Of a stretch of DNA of 64,000 nucleotides, positions 47,477 to 63,168 are shown one piece after another. The notes beneath the pieces were generated by a model that ran no database searches, was not told where the DNA came from, and saw nothing but the letters and a program-made list of their open reading frames with translations. Source of the DNA: the human T2T-CHM13v2.0 reference genome, Homo sapiens; NCBI RefSeq assembly GCF_009914755.1, contig NC_060940.1; one strand, written 5' to 3'. The position numbers and the translations under genes are program-made. Numbering within the stretch: position 1 is the first letter of the stretch; every line of letters begins with the position of its first letter.

Positions 47477-47668
47477 AGTAGTGGAAGTCGTGTGCTAAGA
47501 CTGAGTGAGTAGTGGAAGCCGTGTGCTAAGTCTCAGCGAGTAGTGGAAGCCGTGTGCTAAGTCTTAGTAGTGGAAGCCGTGTGCTAAGTCTTAGTAGTGG
47601 AAGTTGTGTGCTAAGTCCTAGTAGTAGTGGAAGTCATGTGCCAAGTCTTAGCAAGTAGTGGAAATCAT
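47477..47668. repeat. Minisatellite, ~6.5 copies of a 27-31 bp unit (AGTAGTGGAAGCCGTGTGCTAAGTCTT)
   Basis: Units start at 47477, 47508, 47539, 47566, 47593, 47623 and 47654. Confidence 0.95.
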
Positions 47669-47827
47669 ATGGTAAGCGGGAGCTGGTGGGAGCTTTCAAT
47701 CCAATCACCTGTCTTCCCTCTCCCTGCCTGGAAGGTGGAGTGGGCCGGACAGGCATCTTTGTTGTCAATGAATATGAATCCCAAAGGTGTCCAGCCAGCT
47801 GCCCTTGCTGGAGACTCCACTTCCTCA

Positions 47828-48163
47828 CAGCTCATTTATTGTCTCAGTTCTGGAGGCCAGAACTCCAAGAGCAAAGTGCCAGCAGGGTTGGTTCCTCCGG
47901 AGGCCTCTCTGCTTGGTTTGCACATGGCTGCCTTCCCTGTGTCTTCATACGGTTGTCCTCTGTGCATGGCTGTGTCCTAATCTCCTCCTTTTACTTGGAC
48001 ACCAGTCGTATTGGATTAAGGCCCCACCAATGACATCATTTAGCTGTAATGACCTCTTTAAAGGCCCCAGCTTTAAATATAGTCACTTTCTGAGGATATG
48101 GGGTGTGGGGTTTAGGGCTTTAGCCTGGGAATGGTGGGGGGGTTGGACAACTCAGTCCAACAC
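47828..48163 (-). mobile_element. MLT1A-like MaLR LTR
   Basis: cagttctggaggccag...gacaccagtcgtattggattaaggcccc...atagtcactttctgagg. Confidence 0.8.
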
Positions 48164-49359
48164 CATGTTCTGTGTAGAAATTGACTTGAAAGGTATTTTT
48201 TTCTTTGAGGAGCTGTGGGCCACCAGGAGAAAATTTGTAATTGTGTCTTGAGGCTGCAGCCCCTCTGGAAATGTTTATCACCTCTGCCGTCTGCCCCAAG
48301 TCCTCAGGAGAAGCGGGCATGGTGCCCCACTAGCTGGGCCATATTCCTATGACCTTCCCTAAGACCTCCCTGTGGCCTGTTGGAGAGAAGAGAGCTCAGC
48401 AGAGGATGTGTTGTTTGGCCCACCTTGAAACTCAAGTGCAAACAGAGACAGGGAAGAGAGGGGCCCAAGATCTGCGATTCCAGAGACCCAGAGGGAAGAG
48501 ATGACAGGCAGGCACTGCACCTCACTTTCCTAAGCCAAACCAAGGACGCCAACTCCCAGGCTAACTAGAACTGCTTATTTCACCCCCATGCACTTCTCAG
48601 GACGCTCCCTGTCTTTGCCTCTCCAGCTGGACCGAATCTGGGGGCTCTGGGCGTAGGGGAAGGAGTGTTGGTCTGAGTGGCCACTCTTAACCAGGAGCCA
48701 TTGGTGTAGGGCAGACAGGGCCCCTCCGTCGCCGGCCACATGGATTTAGGCAGGTGTAATCTCTCCACGTTCATGTGTCCTGGTGTGAAAGTGGAGGTGT
48801 TGGGTGCAAGAATGGAGGGCAGCGTTGGATTCCCCTTCTGACTGCTAGATTCCTCCTCTCCCTGGCTTTTTGTGGAAGCTGTGTTGGGTAACAGATCTAA
48901 GCATTCCACAAAGTTCCCCTCACTACGCCTCCCTCAGTGAATGTTAGTAATCAAAAAAGAGTAAGTGAGGGAAGGTGTTTAAAACTCTCTGCACAATGCC
49001 TTGTTCACAAGATGATCTTGTTTTTCAGAATCAAGCCCTGTCTTGCTTTGACCTTGGGTCATGTGCTAGGCGCTGTGTCCATAGAAAGCGCTCAGTGGTG
49101 GGGGCAGGACCGACTACGTGATTGTCAGGCTCACTGCAAAACGGCCCCCTCCTTGAAAAATGACTAAGAATCTCAAGAAGGCGGCAGCAGAGATTGAGCA
49201 AAGTGCAGGCTGCCGTGGACACACGAAGCCATGAACGTGGAGCCGGGCCTGGTGGGCTCACCGTCGCGAGGTCCCTGGCTGGAGACACCAGCGAGCTCTT
49301 GCTGTTTGGGGTTCTCTTTTTCAGCCTCTACTCCAGCCACTCCTCTGGCCCTCACCTAC

Positions 49360-49500
49360 TTTTTTTTTTCAACTTCTATTTTAAGTTTCAGGGTGCAGGG
49401 TACACATGCAGGATGTGCAGGTTTGTTACATAGGTAAACATGTGCCATGGTGATCTACTGCACAGATCATCCCATCACCCAGGAATTACGCCCAGCATCC
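49360..49500 (-). mobile_element. L1PA 3' tip
   Basis: ggtacacatgcaggatgtgcaggtttgttacataggtaaacatgtgccatggtg. Confidence 0.8.
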
Positions 49501-49504
49501 ATTT

Positions 49505-49867
49505 CACTCTCTTCCCCTCTCTTCCCCTCCTTTCCCCTCTCTTCCCCTCCTTTCCCCTCCCCTCTCCTCCCCTCCCCTCTCCTGTCGTTTCCTTTCCTTT
49601 CCTGATAGGGTCTTACTCTGCCATCCAGGCTGGAGTGCAGTGGCGCAATCATGGCTCACTGCAGTCTCAATCTTTCTGGGCTGAAGTGATCCTCCCACCT
49701 CCCGAATAGCTGGGAATACAAGCACACAACCATGCTTGGCTAATTTTTGAACAGATGGGGTTTTGCTAAGTTGCCTAGGCTGGTCTTGAACTCCTGGGCT
49801 CAAGAGATCTGTCCACCGCGGTCTCCCAAAGTGTTGGGATTACAGGCGTGAGCCACTGTGCCTGGCT
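49505..49867 (-). mobile_element. AluJ (reverse) with CT-rich tail
   Basis: (CCCTCT)-rich tract 49505-49600, then Alu body. Confidence 0.85.
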
Positions 49868-49889
49868 GATCCTTTCTTTTGATGACATG

Positions 49890-50075
49890 TCCTCCAAGTG
49901 TGGGCTGGGGACCAACAGTGTGAGCATCACCTGGGAGCTTGCCAGAAATGCAGAATCTCAGGTTCCACCCTGGAACTACAGAATCAGAAACTCTGGGCGG
50001 GGTCCCAGCAATCTGAGACTCAGCAAGCCTCGCCGGGGGGTTCTGAGGCTCCCTGGAGTTTGAGTACTGCTGCTC
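49890..50075. mobile_element. MER5A
   Basis: agcatcacctgggagcttgccagaaatgcagaatctcagg...cccagcaatctg. Confidence 0.85.
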
Positions 50076-51300
50076 TGGGTGATTAGCTTCTCTGCGTGTC
50101 TCAGATCCATCCTCCTGTTTGCCAGGCCCTCTTGCAGATACTAGAGACAAAAGAGTGAGCAAAGCGCTGATCCTACTGGGTGGGGCTCATGTTCTGGTAG
50201 GGAAGGAAGATGTCTATCAAATAATTCCTCCAGTGAGTATATAATTACACACTGAGATAAACCCCAGGAAGGAAAGCAGAGCCTGTAAGAAAGAAGGTAG
50301 GTATGGCCTGGGTGTGGGGGATGGGTGGGAATGCTACTGTTAAAGTCCAGTGCCATCTGGGAAGACTTCCTGGAGGAGGTGGCAGGAACTCAGAGAACTA
50401 AGCCTTGCATTTGGGCTACACGTGCTCCTGCATTTATTATTTTCATTTTTTATATCAGCCACATTTGGTACACCCTGGAGCCTACAGCCTGACCTGCAGT
50501 AGATTTCAGGAAAGATAAGCTGGCCTCCCTCCCCTGTGATCTGGGAGGTGCCTGTTCCCCAGGGAAAGTCTATAAATAGCCAGTCTCCTTCAGCAACACC
50601 TATCTCACCAGGCCTTCTCCTCCTTCTACCCCCTCCCCCAGATATCAGCATATTGAAATTTGAGTGACAGTTTTGCCTTCACTTATTATTGAATTCTCCT
50701 AATAGTAGTTGCTGTTTATCTACTATCTTGTGTGAACCGGGAATTGTATGTTTTTTTTCTTCTTTCCCTTTTTCCTTCCTTCTTTTCCTGTCTAAACTTG
50801 TCTTAAGTTTTTCTCATAAACCATAAATAAAAATTGGCACAATTTAAAGTTCCTCCTTCACTCCCCCACTTTATGGATCCTATTTTCCCCCGTGACTTGG
50901 GGTTGGGGGAGGCGGAGGGAGGAAGGTCCTGTTTGTTTCTGATCAGTTTGCGGTAATCAGGTCACTGTTTGCTTGGGTGTTCTTGGCCCCTTTTCTGCGC
51001 AAGTCTAGAGCGGCTGCAGGATTGTGGTTAAGAGCACGGAAGTCTACAGCCCAGGCTGCCTGGATGCAAATTCTAGTTCTGCCACTCGCCAGCTGTGAGA
51101 CCTCGGGCAAACTTAACTTTTCCCTGCCTCTGTTTGTTCTTCTGTACAATGGGGTAGTAACTAAGTGTACATACATCGGGGGGTCTGTTGTGGAATGGAG
51201 TCATTTAATACACATCAAGCATGTAAGGTAGCACCTGATCATGGTGATTTTTATTAGCAATAATTATTTAATTATAAGTAATTATTATTATACAACTACA

Positions 51301-52035
<735 letters not shown>

Positions 52036-52399
52036 TCATAGATTCATGCTGGGCACACTATTCTGCCCACTCCATGCTTCCATATTCCTGCAGTGTATGT
52101 GGGTCAACACATCTTCAATGGCGGTGTAGGCATTCGTATTTAACCCGTTTCCTGCCGACAGTTAGTTGGTTTCCTTTTTTGATTTTTAGAACAATGTTAT
52201 AATGAACATCTATGGATATACCACATTGTTTTGAATCCTTACAAAAATCCCTGTAGAAATCTGAGGCTTAGAAAATGAAGTAACTTGCCCAGGGTCACAC
52301 AGCTCTTCATGGAATTGGGCCCAGGGCGGCCTGAATTCTAAGCTCGAGTCCCCTGGACTCCTTGTCAGTGTTAGGAATACCTCTGCTTCAAATGCTTTC

Positions 52400-52793
52400 T
52401 TTTTTTCTTAAAGTTCTGGGATACATGTGCAGAACGTACAGGTTTGTTACATAGGTATCCACGTGCCATGGTGGTTTGCTGCACCCATCAACCCATCATC
52501 TACATTAGTTATTTCTCCTAATGCTATCCCTCCCCTCTCCCCACACCCCCTGACAGGCCCCGGTGTGTGATGTTCCCGTCCCTGTGTCCATGCGTTCTCA
52601 TTGTTCAACTCCCACTTATGAGTGAGAACATACGGTGTTTGGTTTTCTCTTCCTGTGTTAGTTTGCTGAGAATGATGGTTTCCAGCTTCATCCATGTCCC
52701 TGCAAAGGACACGAACTCATCCTTTTTTATGGCTGCGTAGTATTCCATGGTGTACATGTGCTACATTTTCTTTATCCAGTCTATCATTGATGG
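52400..52793 (-). mobile_element. 5'-truncated L1PA (L1PA7/8-like) 3' end
   Basis: cattgttcaactcccacttatgagtgagaac...; TSD gcttcaaat... (52385/52794). Confidence 0.9.
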
Positions 52794-52901
52794 GCTTCAA
52801 ATACATTCTTCACAGAAACCTCCCCACCCCCTTTTAAGAACAGTTGCATTGACTTGACTCATGCCTCCCAATCCCCTGCCTTTTGCCATCTCTCAGGGTC
52901 A

Positions 52902-53389
<488 letters not shown>

Positions 53390-55129
53390 TCAGAAGAGAC
53401 AGGCAAGAGTCTACAGCTGGAGACAGAAGTGTGCCTCCTCTCCCAGGGACATGCTGGGATCCAGCGCTGGGCCTGCCCTGGAGCAAAGCTAGTGGGTTCC
53501 TGGGAGCCACTGTCCTTGTCATCTTGGGCACAGCTCAGTGGCCTACTGCTTTCTGCTACTCAGGCCGCAAGCAGGTCCACTAGGAACCAGCCTCACTGTC
53601 CCAAAACTGAGTGTGAATCAGTGCCAGGGAGGCCCAGCTGTGTGTCTAGAGGCAGACAGGTGGGCTGGCAGGAAAGCCTGCATCAAACCCTCACTCCACA
53701 CTCACCTGCCGTGACCTTGGGCAAAGCTCTCAAATCCAGGGCCTTGGTTTGCCCATCCAACAAAATGGGCACAGCGCCTGCCAACTTGAACTTTTGGTGA
53801 GATAGAGGAGTGAAGGTGCGCGTGATGATAAGCAGCCGTGTCTGGTCCGTAGTATGTGCTCAGCCAATGCGGGTTGAACCTGAATATAGGAATGAACCTG
53901 TTTCTTCCCAGCCATACCGTTATTCTGGAATCATTTCTTCATTTATTGTCTGGAAATAATTTCAAATGGACAGAAAAGTTGTAAGAAGATGATAGCACAA
54001 ACACTATAGCACATCCTTCCTCCAGGGTCTCTCAGCATCGTCAGTACATTTCGACACTGGCTGCATTGTCCTCAGCCTCACCGCCCCCATTTAGACATAA
54101 ATTGCAGACATGATGCTGTATTATTTCTGAATACATCTGTGTGTGTGTGTGTATGTGTGTGTTGGGGGTGGGGGTGTTGGTTTTGTTGGTTTTTTTTTTT
54201 TTTTTTTTTTTGAGACAGCGTCTTACTCTTTTCACCCGGCTGAGAGCAGTAGCGCAATCTCGGCTCACTGCAGCATCCAACTCTCAGGCTCAAGCGATCC
54301 TCCAACCTCAGCCTCCCCAGTAGCTGGGACTACAGGCATGTGCCACCACGCCCAGCTAATTTTTGTATTGTTGTAGAGACTGGGTTTCACGCTGTTGTCC
54401 AGGCTGGTCTCAAACTCCTGAGCTCAAGCAATCCTCCCACCTCAGCCTCCCAAAGTGCTGGGATTATAGGTGTCAGCCACTGTGCCCAGCCTATTTTCTT
54501 TAAGTGACAGTCTTCATTAATCACAACAGAGTCCAAAAATCAGGAAATGAACATCTACACAACATGACCATCCAGTCCACAAGTTCCCATCAGCGTTGTC
54601 CTGGTAACAGGGAAAGGATGTGGCTCTTAGTTGCCACGTCCCTCTGTTTCTCCTTCTGTGTGGAATACTCCTGTGGATTTTCCTTGTCTTCTGTATTCTC
54701 GACCTTTTTAGAGATTCCGGGCTCAGATTCCAGGCTCGGGGACGTCATAGGATGTCTCTTGATTTGAGTTTGTCTAATGTTTCCTCGGGATTTGGCTCAG
54801 GTTACGCGCTTCTGGAGAAAGCCCTGTGGCACGATACTGTGTCCTCCTTAGTACATGGTATTGGGAGGCCCACCCAGCTGTTTGTCTCGTTACTGGTGGG
54901 AGTAACTTTTGCCCCTTGGTTAAGACAGCGTCTGCCAGGTTTCCCTTAATTAAAGCTATTATTTTCTCCCTTGTAATGATTAAGTATTTTACCGAGAGAC
55001 ATGTTGAGACTGTGTCAGTATCTGATTCTCGTTTTATTTTCGCTCATTAAGTTCGGCATGCATGGACAATGCTTGGCTGAATGGATTACTATCACAACGT
55101 TTGCTGAATGGTGATTTTCTAATTCCATC

Positions 55130-55857
55130 TACATTAGTCCCTTCTCACACTGCTATAAAGAAATACCTGAAGCCGGGCATGGTGGCTCATGCCTGTAATC
55201 CCAGCACTTTGGAAGGCCAAGGTGGGTGGATCACTTCAGGTCAGAAGTTCAAGAGCAGCCTGGCCAACATGGTGAAACCTGGTCTCTAATAAAAATACAA
55301 AATTAGCCGGGCTTGGTGATGCATGCCTGTAATCCCAGCTACCTAGGAGGCTGAGGCAGGAGTATAGTTTGAACCCAGGAGGCGGAGGTTGCAGTGAGCT
55401 AAGATTGTAGCACTGCACTCCAGCCTAGGTGACAGAGTGAGACTCTGTCTCAAAAAACACACACATAAAAAGAAGAAATACCTGAGACTGTGTGATTTAT
55501 AGGGAAAAGAGGTTTGATGGGCTCACGGTTCTGCAGGCTGTACAGGAAGCACAGTGGCTTCTTCTGGGAAGACCTCAGGAGGTTTCCAATCATGGTGGAA
55601 GGCAAAGGAGGAGTGAAGTGTCTTACATGGTGGGAACAGGAGCAAGAGAGAGAGCAGGGGACGGTGTCCCATGCTTTTAAATGACGAGATCTCACGAGAA
55701 CTCACATTCGCGAGGACAGTACTAAGGGGATAGTGCTCAACTATTCATGAGATATCCTTCCCCATGATGCAGTCACCTCCCACCAGGCCCACCTCCAACA
55801 TTAGAGAATAGAATTGGACATGAGATTTGGGGGTGAACACAGATCCAAACCATATCA
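55130..55857 (-). mobile_element. MSTA-like MaLR LTR with an inserted Alu (55171-55470)
   Basis: TSD ccatc (55125-55129/55858-55862); Alu TSD aagaaatacctga. Confidence 0.85.
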
Positions 55858-55966
55858 CCATCATCATCATTCTCTCTCATTTAACGTCTCCTGTAAGGAA
55901 GAGCTTTCTCTTCTCCCTGTTAACTTGGTCGTTTATTCATTGATATCAGTAGGAATGCAAGGACTC

Positions 55967-56327
55967 TGTATTAGTCCACTCTCATGCTGCTATGAAGAAA
56001 TATCTGAGACTGAGTAATTTACAAAGAAAAGAGGTTTCATTGACTCACAGTTCCGCATGTCTGGGGAGGCCTCAGGAAACTTACAGTCATGGCGGAAGGC
56101 ACCTCTTCACAGAGCGGCAGGAGAGAGAATGAATGCTGAGCAAAGGGGGAAGCCCCATATGAAACCATCAGATCTTGTGAGAACTCACTCACTATCATGA
56201 GCATGGGGGAACCACTCCCGCCATCTAATCACCTCCCATGAGGTCCCTTCCCCAACATGCGGGGATTACACTTCAGATTACAATTCCAAATGAGATTTGG
56301 GTGGGGACACAGAGCCAGGCCATATCA
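55967..56327 (-). mobile_element. THE1-family MaLR solo LTR
   Basis: tgtattagtcc...gagatttgggtggggacacagagccaggccatatca; TSD gactc/gagtc. Confidence 0.85.
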
Positions 56328-57642
56328 GAGTCCTAGTTGATTAAATATGCTATGATTTGTTACTATCAATATTTATTTTGATGCTTCATTGTCTTAATTT
56401 GGCCAACGGGAACCCTTTCAAGGTGACTGCCATGCCCTCTTGACATTTTTTACGTTATCCTTTGAGCACTTCCCTTTCTGGCATAATGAGAAACTTCAGC
56501 TTCATTTTGTACTTTCTGTACCTTGGCCCTGGAAAAAGCCATTTCTCCCAGTATCCTTGGCTGTTTTTACCGGAAGAATTATATTTAGAAAGCAAGATCT
56601 GGTAGTATGTGTTCATTGTTACTGGGTGCCATGGCTCCTGGGCCCTCTCAGTGGAGGGGGTGTAAGTGTGCATATGCTGCGAGATCTATATTTAGTTTTA
56701 TATCTGTCTCTCTCTGTATCTCCATATATTCCAGTCCAATAAATACCACAGGGTTTGTGCCAGTTCTTTGTATATTTTTAACTCTTTTCACCAACAGTAA
56801 GAACACTGGCTACCATTACCATTAGCATATTTCCTTACTGCACAATTTCCCTGTATGTAACCCATCTCCTCACCTTGCCAACAATTGCATTGGCCACCAC
56901 TCTGCCTAGCCGTCTCCTCTTGGCCCGAATGCACTGGCCACCCTTGAGCAAGGTTCATGCTCCAAGTATCTCACTTTGTCCTGTTGCTAGCTCCTTGCTC
57001 GCTGGTGTCACACTCCCACTGCGTATGCACACACAGACGCACACAGGTACTACCTAGAAAGGACTTCAGGGGCTGGAAAACATCTCTGAAGCCCCTCTTG
57101 ACCTGAGGCTGAAATTTCAGAAGCCCTTCCTCACATCCATGCTAGGTGCGAGGTATCATCATTCCCATTTTAAAGAGGAGGAAACTGTGACTCAGAAAAG
57201 TCAAGCGGCTTGCTGAGGGTCACACAGCGTAGGTGGGGGTAGCCAGACCAGGCCGAGTCTGGGCCTGGTGATGCCTCCTCTACCCTGTTGGCTGCATTTA
57301 GGGTTTTTGTTTGTTTGTTTGTTTGTTTTGGTCCCTAACATTAAAAAATATTCAGGCAGGCCCTTCTGAGTTCTTTTGCAATGTTCTTCCCCATTTTCCC
57401 ACACTGTCTTAAGCTTGATTGTCGCCACTCACCTGTGGGCAGTGGGGTTGGGGGTGCAGATCTGAGGGAAAAACTGTTTGGCAGTGACGACTATCACTGA
57501 ACAAGCATGCCGCGCTCTGAGAACCTGAGACTGCGATAACCCCAGACTGAGTTCCACTTCTGAGCACATTTGGGCACTCGTATCTCCTGGAGGGCTTGCA
57601 AGTGAATGGTCACAGCAGTGTCCTATATAAAAGCCCAAACTG

Positions 57643-57931
<289 letters not shown>

Positions 57932-58448
57932 TCAAACTGGACACAAAATGCCAGCCATGTGCACGTACTTAAATAAACTGTGGCATAGCCATGAAGCAGC
58001 GTACTTAGAATACTATAGAGCAACAAAAGAGAATGAGTGGCAGTTATTCATGGAAACGCACCAGTGAAGCTCACAGCCTATTCCCTTCTCCAAGGTTGCG
58101 GCCCCTCAAGAATAAGACTTTGCTGGGTTGGCCCTTGAGTGCGTCTCCCAAGACAGCCCTTCTCAGACAGCTCTGGGTACATTTTAGAATATTAGAATCG
58201 CCTGGGGGACTGGGTGTGGTGGCTGATGCCTGTAATCCCAGCACTTTGGGAAGCTGAGGTGGTAGGATTGCTTGAGCCCAGGAGTCCAAGGCCAGCCAGC
58301 CTGGGTGACATAGTGAGATCCCATGCCTATTTTTTTTTTTTTAATAGAAGCACCTGGGGGCTTGTGGAGCCCTGATGGCCTCACTCATCTGCTGGTCTCG
58401 GGTGAGCCCACAGCAGGTGTGTTTTTGTAAGAACCAGCAGCAACTTTT

Positions 58449-58747
<299 letters not shown>

Positions 58748-59010
58748 CTAGTATCAACCTTTGAACACATCAGTCAGAGTCCTCTACAGAACTTGCTGGA
58801 ACACAGACTGTCTGCCCACCCCTAGGGCTTCTGAGGTAGTAGGCCCAGGGTAGGGCCTGAGTTTCTGCATTTCTAACAATTTCCAGGTGATGCTGGCCTG
58901 AGGCCCATACTCTGAGAATCCTGGACTAAGATAAAACTAGAGAATACCCAGATCTGTGCCTTGGGAGAGAAGGATAGAGAAGCCTTGGAAAGAAGGAAGC
59001 ATCTGACTGA

Positions 59011-59459
<449 letters not shown>

Positions 59460-59951
59460 TATATTGTGAAATTCTTGAAGGATTGGGGCTGGAGGATTCA
59501 CTAGGCCCAGGGTTCTTTCTCTGCCTCTTCTCTTTCTCTGAAACCCCCAGGGGCCAAGTGCTTTCCACAACCTAAGGCATTTGGGATTCCCACATGAGCC
59601 GTTTTCTTGTTCTTCTCAGCACCTTCATGCCTGTTCTTCCCTCAGCCCAGAAGGCCCCTCATTCCAGTACGTCTCTCAACTGCTTTCTCACAATTCCTGG
59701 GTGCCTTTCTAGATTCCCCGCGATCTGCACTGGGGCCCGCCCATCTCCTTCGTTGTTAGCTGCACCCCAGGAGGGCGTGACCACCATGCGAGTTTTGAGC
59801 ATCTCTCGGCTTGTTCATGCCTCTGGTGTCGTCAGATTTACACATGACACACAGTCGTGGTTGAATTTCAAACAATAAGTGCACGCTTGTCCCATGCGGT
59901 ACTCGTGTATACTGGAAAATCATCTGGTGTTTATCTGGAGTGCAAAGGTAA

Positions 59952-60505
<554 letters not shown>

Positions 60506-61201
60506 TGAGGCACGGGCTAGGCTTTGGTCAAATATGTTGAAGCAATGCATGTCTGCATAAGCCCTCTAACAGGGAAGATCATTAGGGTCTAACGCAGTCC
60601 AAGTTCGCAATGAACCGAATCCCGGGGCTGGACGGGAGGGCGCCACAGCGGGGCTGGACTGAGGGAGGCTGTTCGCCCGGAGGTGCCGCTGGCTCCCTTG
60701 CTCTGGAGTGAGCTCACAGCTCCAACTCACCTTTCAGCAAGGGCCATACGTGCACTTCGTGGTCCCCTCGGGAGCCTCTGGTAGGTTAAACGTCAGTCCT
60801 GAGCTGCGCTTGTTGGGTGCAGCTTCTCTTGGAAACCTTTCTCTTCTAGGCCGTTTCCTTGGGGCTAGGGAGGCTGCGCTCACCGTCGCCCGCGTGGGTC
60901 TATCTGCAGCAGGCAAATAACATCTTGGGGGTTCCAAAGGAGGCACAGACACAGAAGATGGATGTGAAGTAGGCGGGACCGTGACGTCCATAGAGACAGG
61001 AAGCAGATGAGTCGTTCCGGAGGCTGGAAAGGGCGTGGGGAGTGCCTGCTTCCTGGGCACAGGATTTTCCTCTGGCGGGCGGTGAAAGTGTTTGGGGATG
61101 AGCTCCACGTGGTGCCTGCACAACATTGCAAAGGTACTAGATGCACTGAACTGCATGCTCTAAAACAGTTAATTTTTTGTTATGTGGATTTCATCTTATA
61201 A

Positions 61202-61598
<397 letters not shown>

Positions 61599-61779
61599 TT
61601 AGGGACACTCTCTGACCTTTACCAGGATGCGCCACTCTCATTACAAAAGGAACACTTGCGATTCACAGTGGACTGATGTCTACAAAGTAACAAGAAGCTA
61701 CAGCCTCGGACCCTTCAGCCCCACAGCCCCGGGGCAGCTACTGCCATCTCTCGCATCTTCTGTGGACGCACATACATGC

Positions 61780-62221
61780 TGTTATGGTCAAGGCGTGTCC
61801 TCCCAAAAACATGTTGAAGCCCTAACCCCTGGTACCTGTGAATGCAACCTTATTTGCAAATAGGGTCTTTATCCATGCAGTCAAATTAAAATGAGGTCAC
61901 ACTGGAGTTGTGTGGGCCCTAACCCAATGACTGGGGTCTTTATAAGAAAAGCAGACAGAGACGCTTGGGAATATAGCCATGTGCTGGCAGAGGCAGAGAC
62001 TGCTGTGATACGTGCACATGCCAAGAACGCGGAAGATTGTCAGCCACCGCCAGAAACTGGGAGAGGAAGAAAAGATCTTGCCTGCAGGGTTCAATGGGAA
62101 CGTGGCCCTGCCAGCATCTTGGTTTCAGAGTTTTAGCTTCCAGAACTGAGAGAACAAATTTCGGTTGTTTTAAGCCACCGAGTTTGTGTTGGTTGTTTGT
62201 TACAGCCGTGGAGACCAAGCA
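61780..62221 (+). mobile_element. MLT1B/C MaLR LTR
   Basis: atgttgaagccctaacccc...ccagaactgagagaacaaatttcggttgttttaagccacc. Confidence 0.85.
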
Positions 62222-62879
62222 GCCATGGGAAACTCACACACAAAGTTGAATTGAAACTGTTTCCAAGTTCTTTTATGTGACTCCCGTTCCCTCCCCTCCC
62301 TTCATCTTTCCTTCCTTCCTCTTTTTTTTTTTTAAACAAAACTAGGATTATATTACGACGATTGTTCTGCAAAAGGTTTTTTTTTTAATTTGATGACATA
62401 TCAGTGACGTCTCCTTAGGTCAAATCATATAACACCTCTTTTCTCTTTAATTTTATACTATTTAATTTTGTATTTTGTATTGGAGAATTCCAATCATATG
62501 CAGAAATAGACAGAATAATGGAATGAGCCCACATGACTCTGTTACCCAGTGCCAATGAGGGGAGCCAATCTTGACTCCTGTCTACCCCAGATTGTTTTGA
62601 CACAAATCTCAGGCTTCCTAGCATTTCATCTATAAATATTTCTGCATATCTATGGCTAAAGAGAAGAACTCTTTAAAATATCACAATTACCATTATCATA
62701 TCATAAAATATTAACAATTAGAGAAAATCAAATATTGGCCAATATTGAGGTTCCCTTGGGCTCCTAAACACTGCTTCACGCTGGTTTATTCAAATCAGGA
62801 CTCAAGTGAGGTCCCAGCCTGCACTTGGCTGGGGTCTCTGATGGTTCTCTGCGTCTGCACGTTTCATCCTTGTGTTTTT

Positions 62880-63168
<289 letters not shown>

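Larger units (their letters stand above)
53940..56870 (-). mobile_element. Old L1MC/MD 3' region hosting an Alu (54190-54491), MSTA and THE1
   Basis: aataatttcaaatggacagaaaagttg...tttgtctaatgtttcctc...ttgagcacttccctttctggca. Confidence 0.6.

Noticed and set aside
47477-47668. CRISPR-like appearance of regularly spaced ~27-bp repeats
   Set aside because: Linkers are 0-4 nt and not unique spacers, there are no cas genes, and the context is human. It is a minisatellite.
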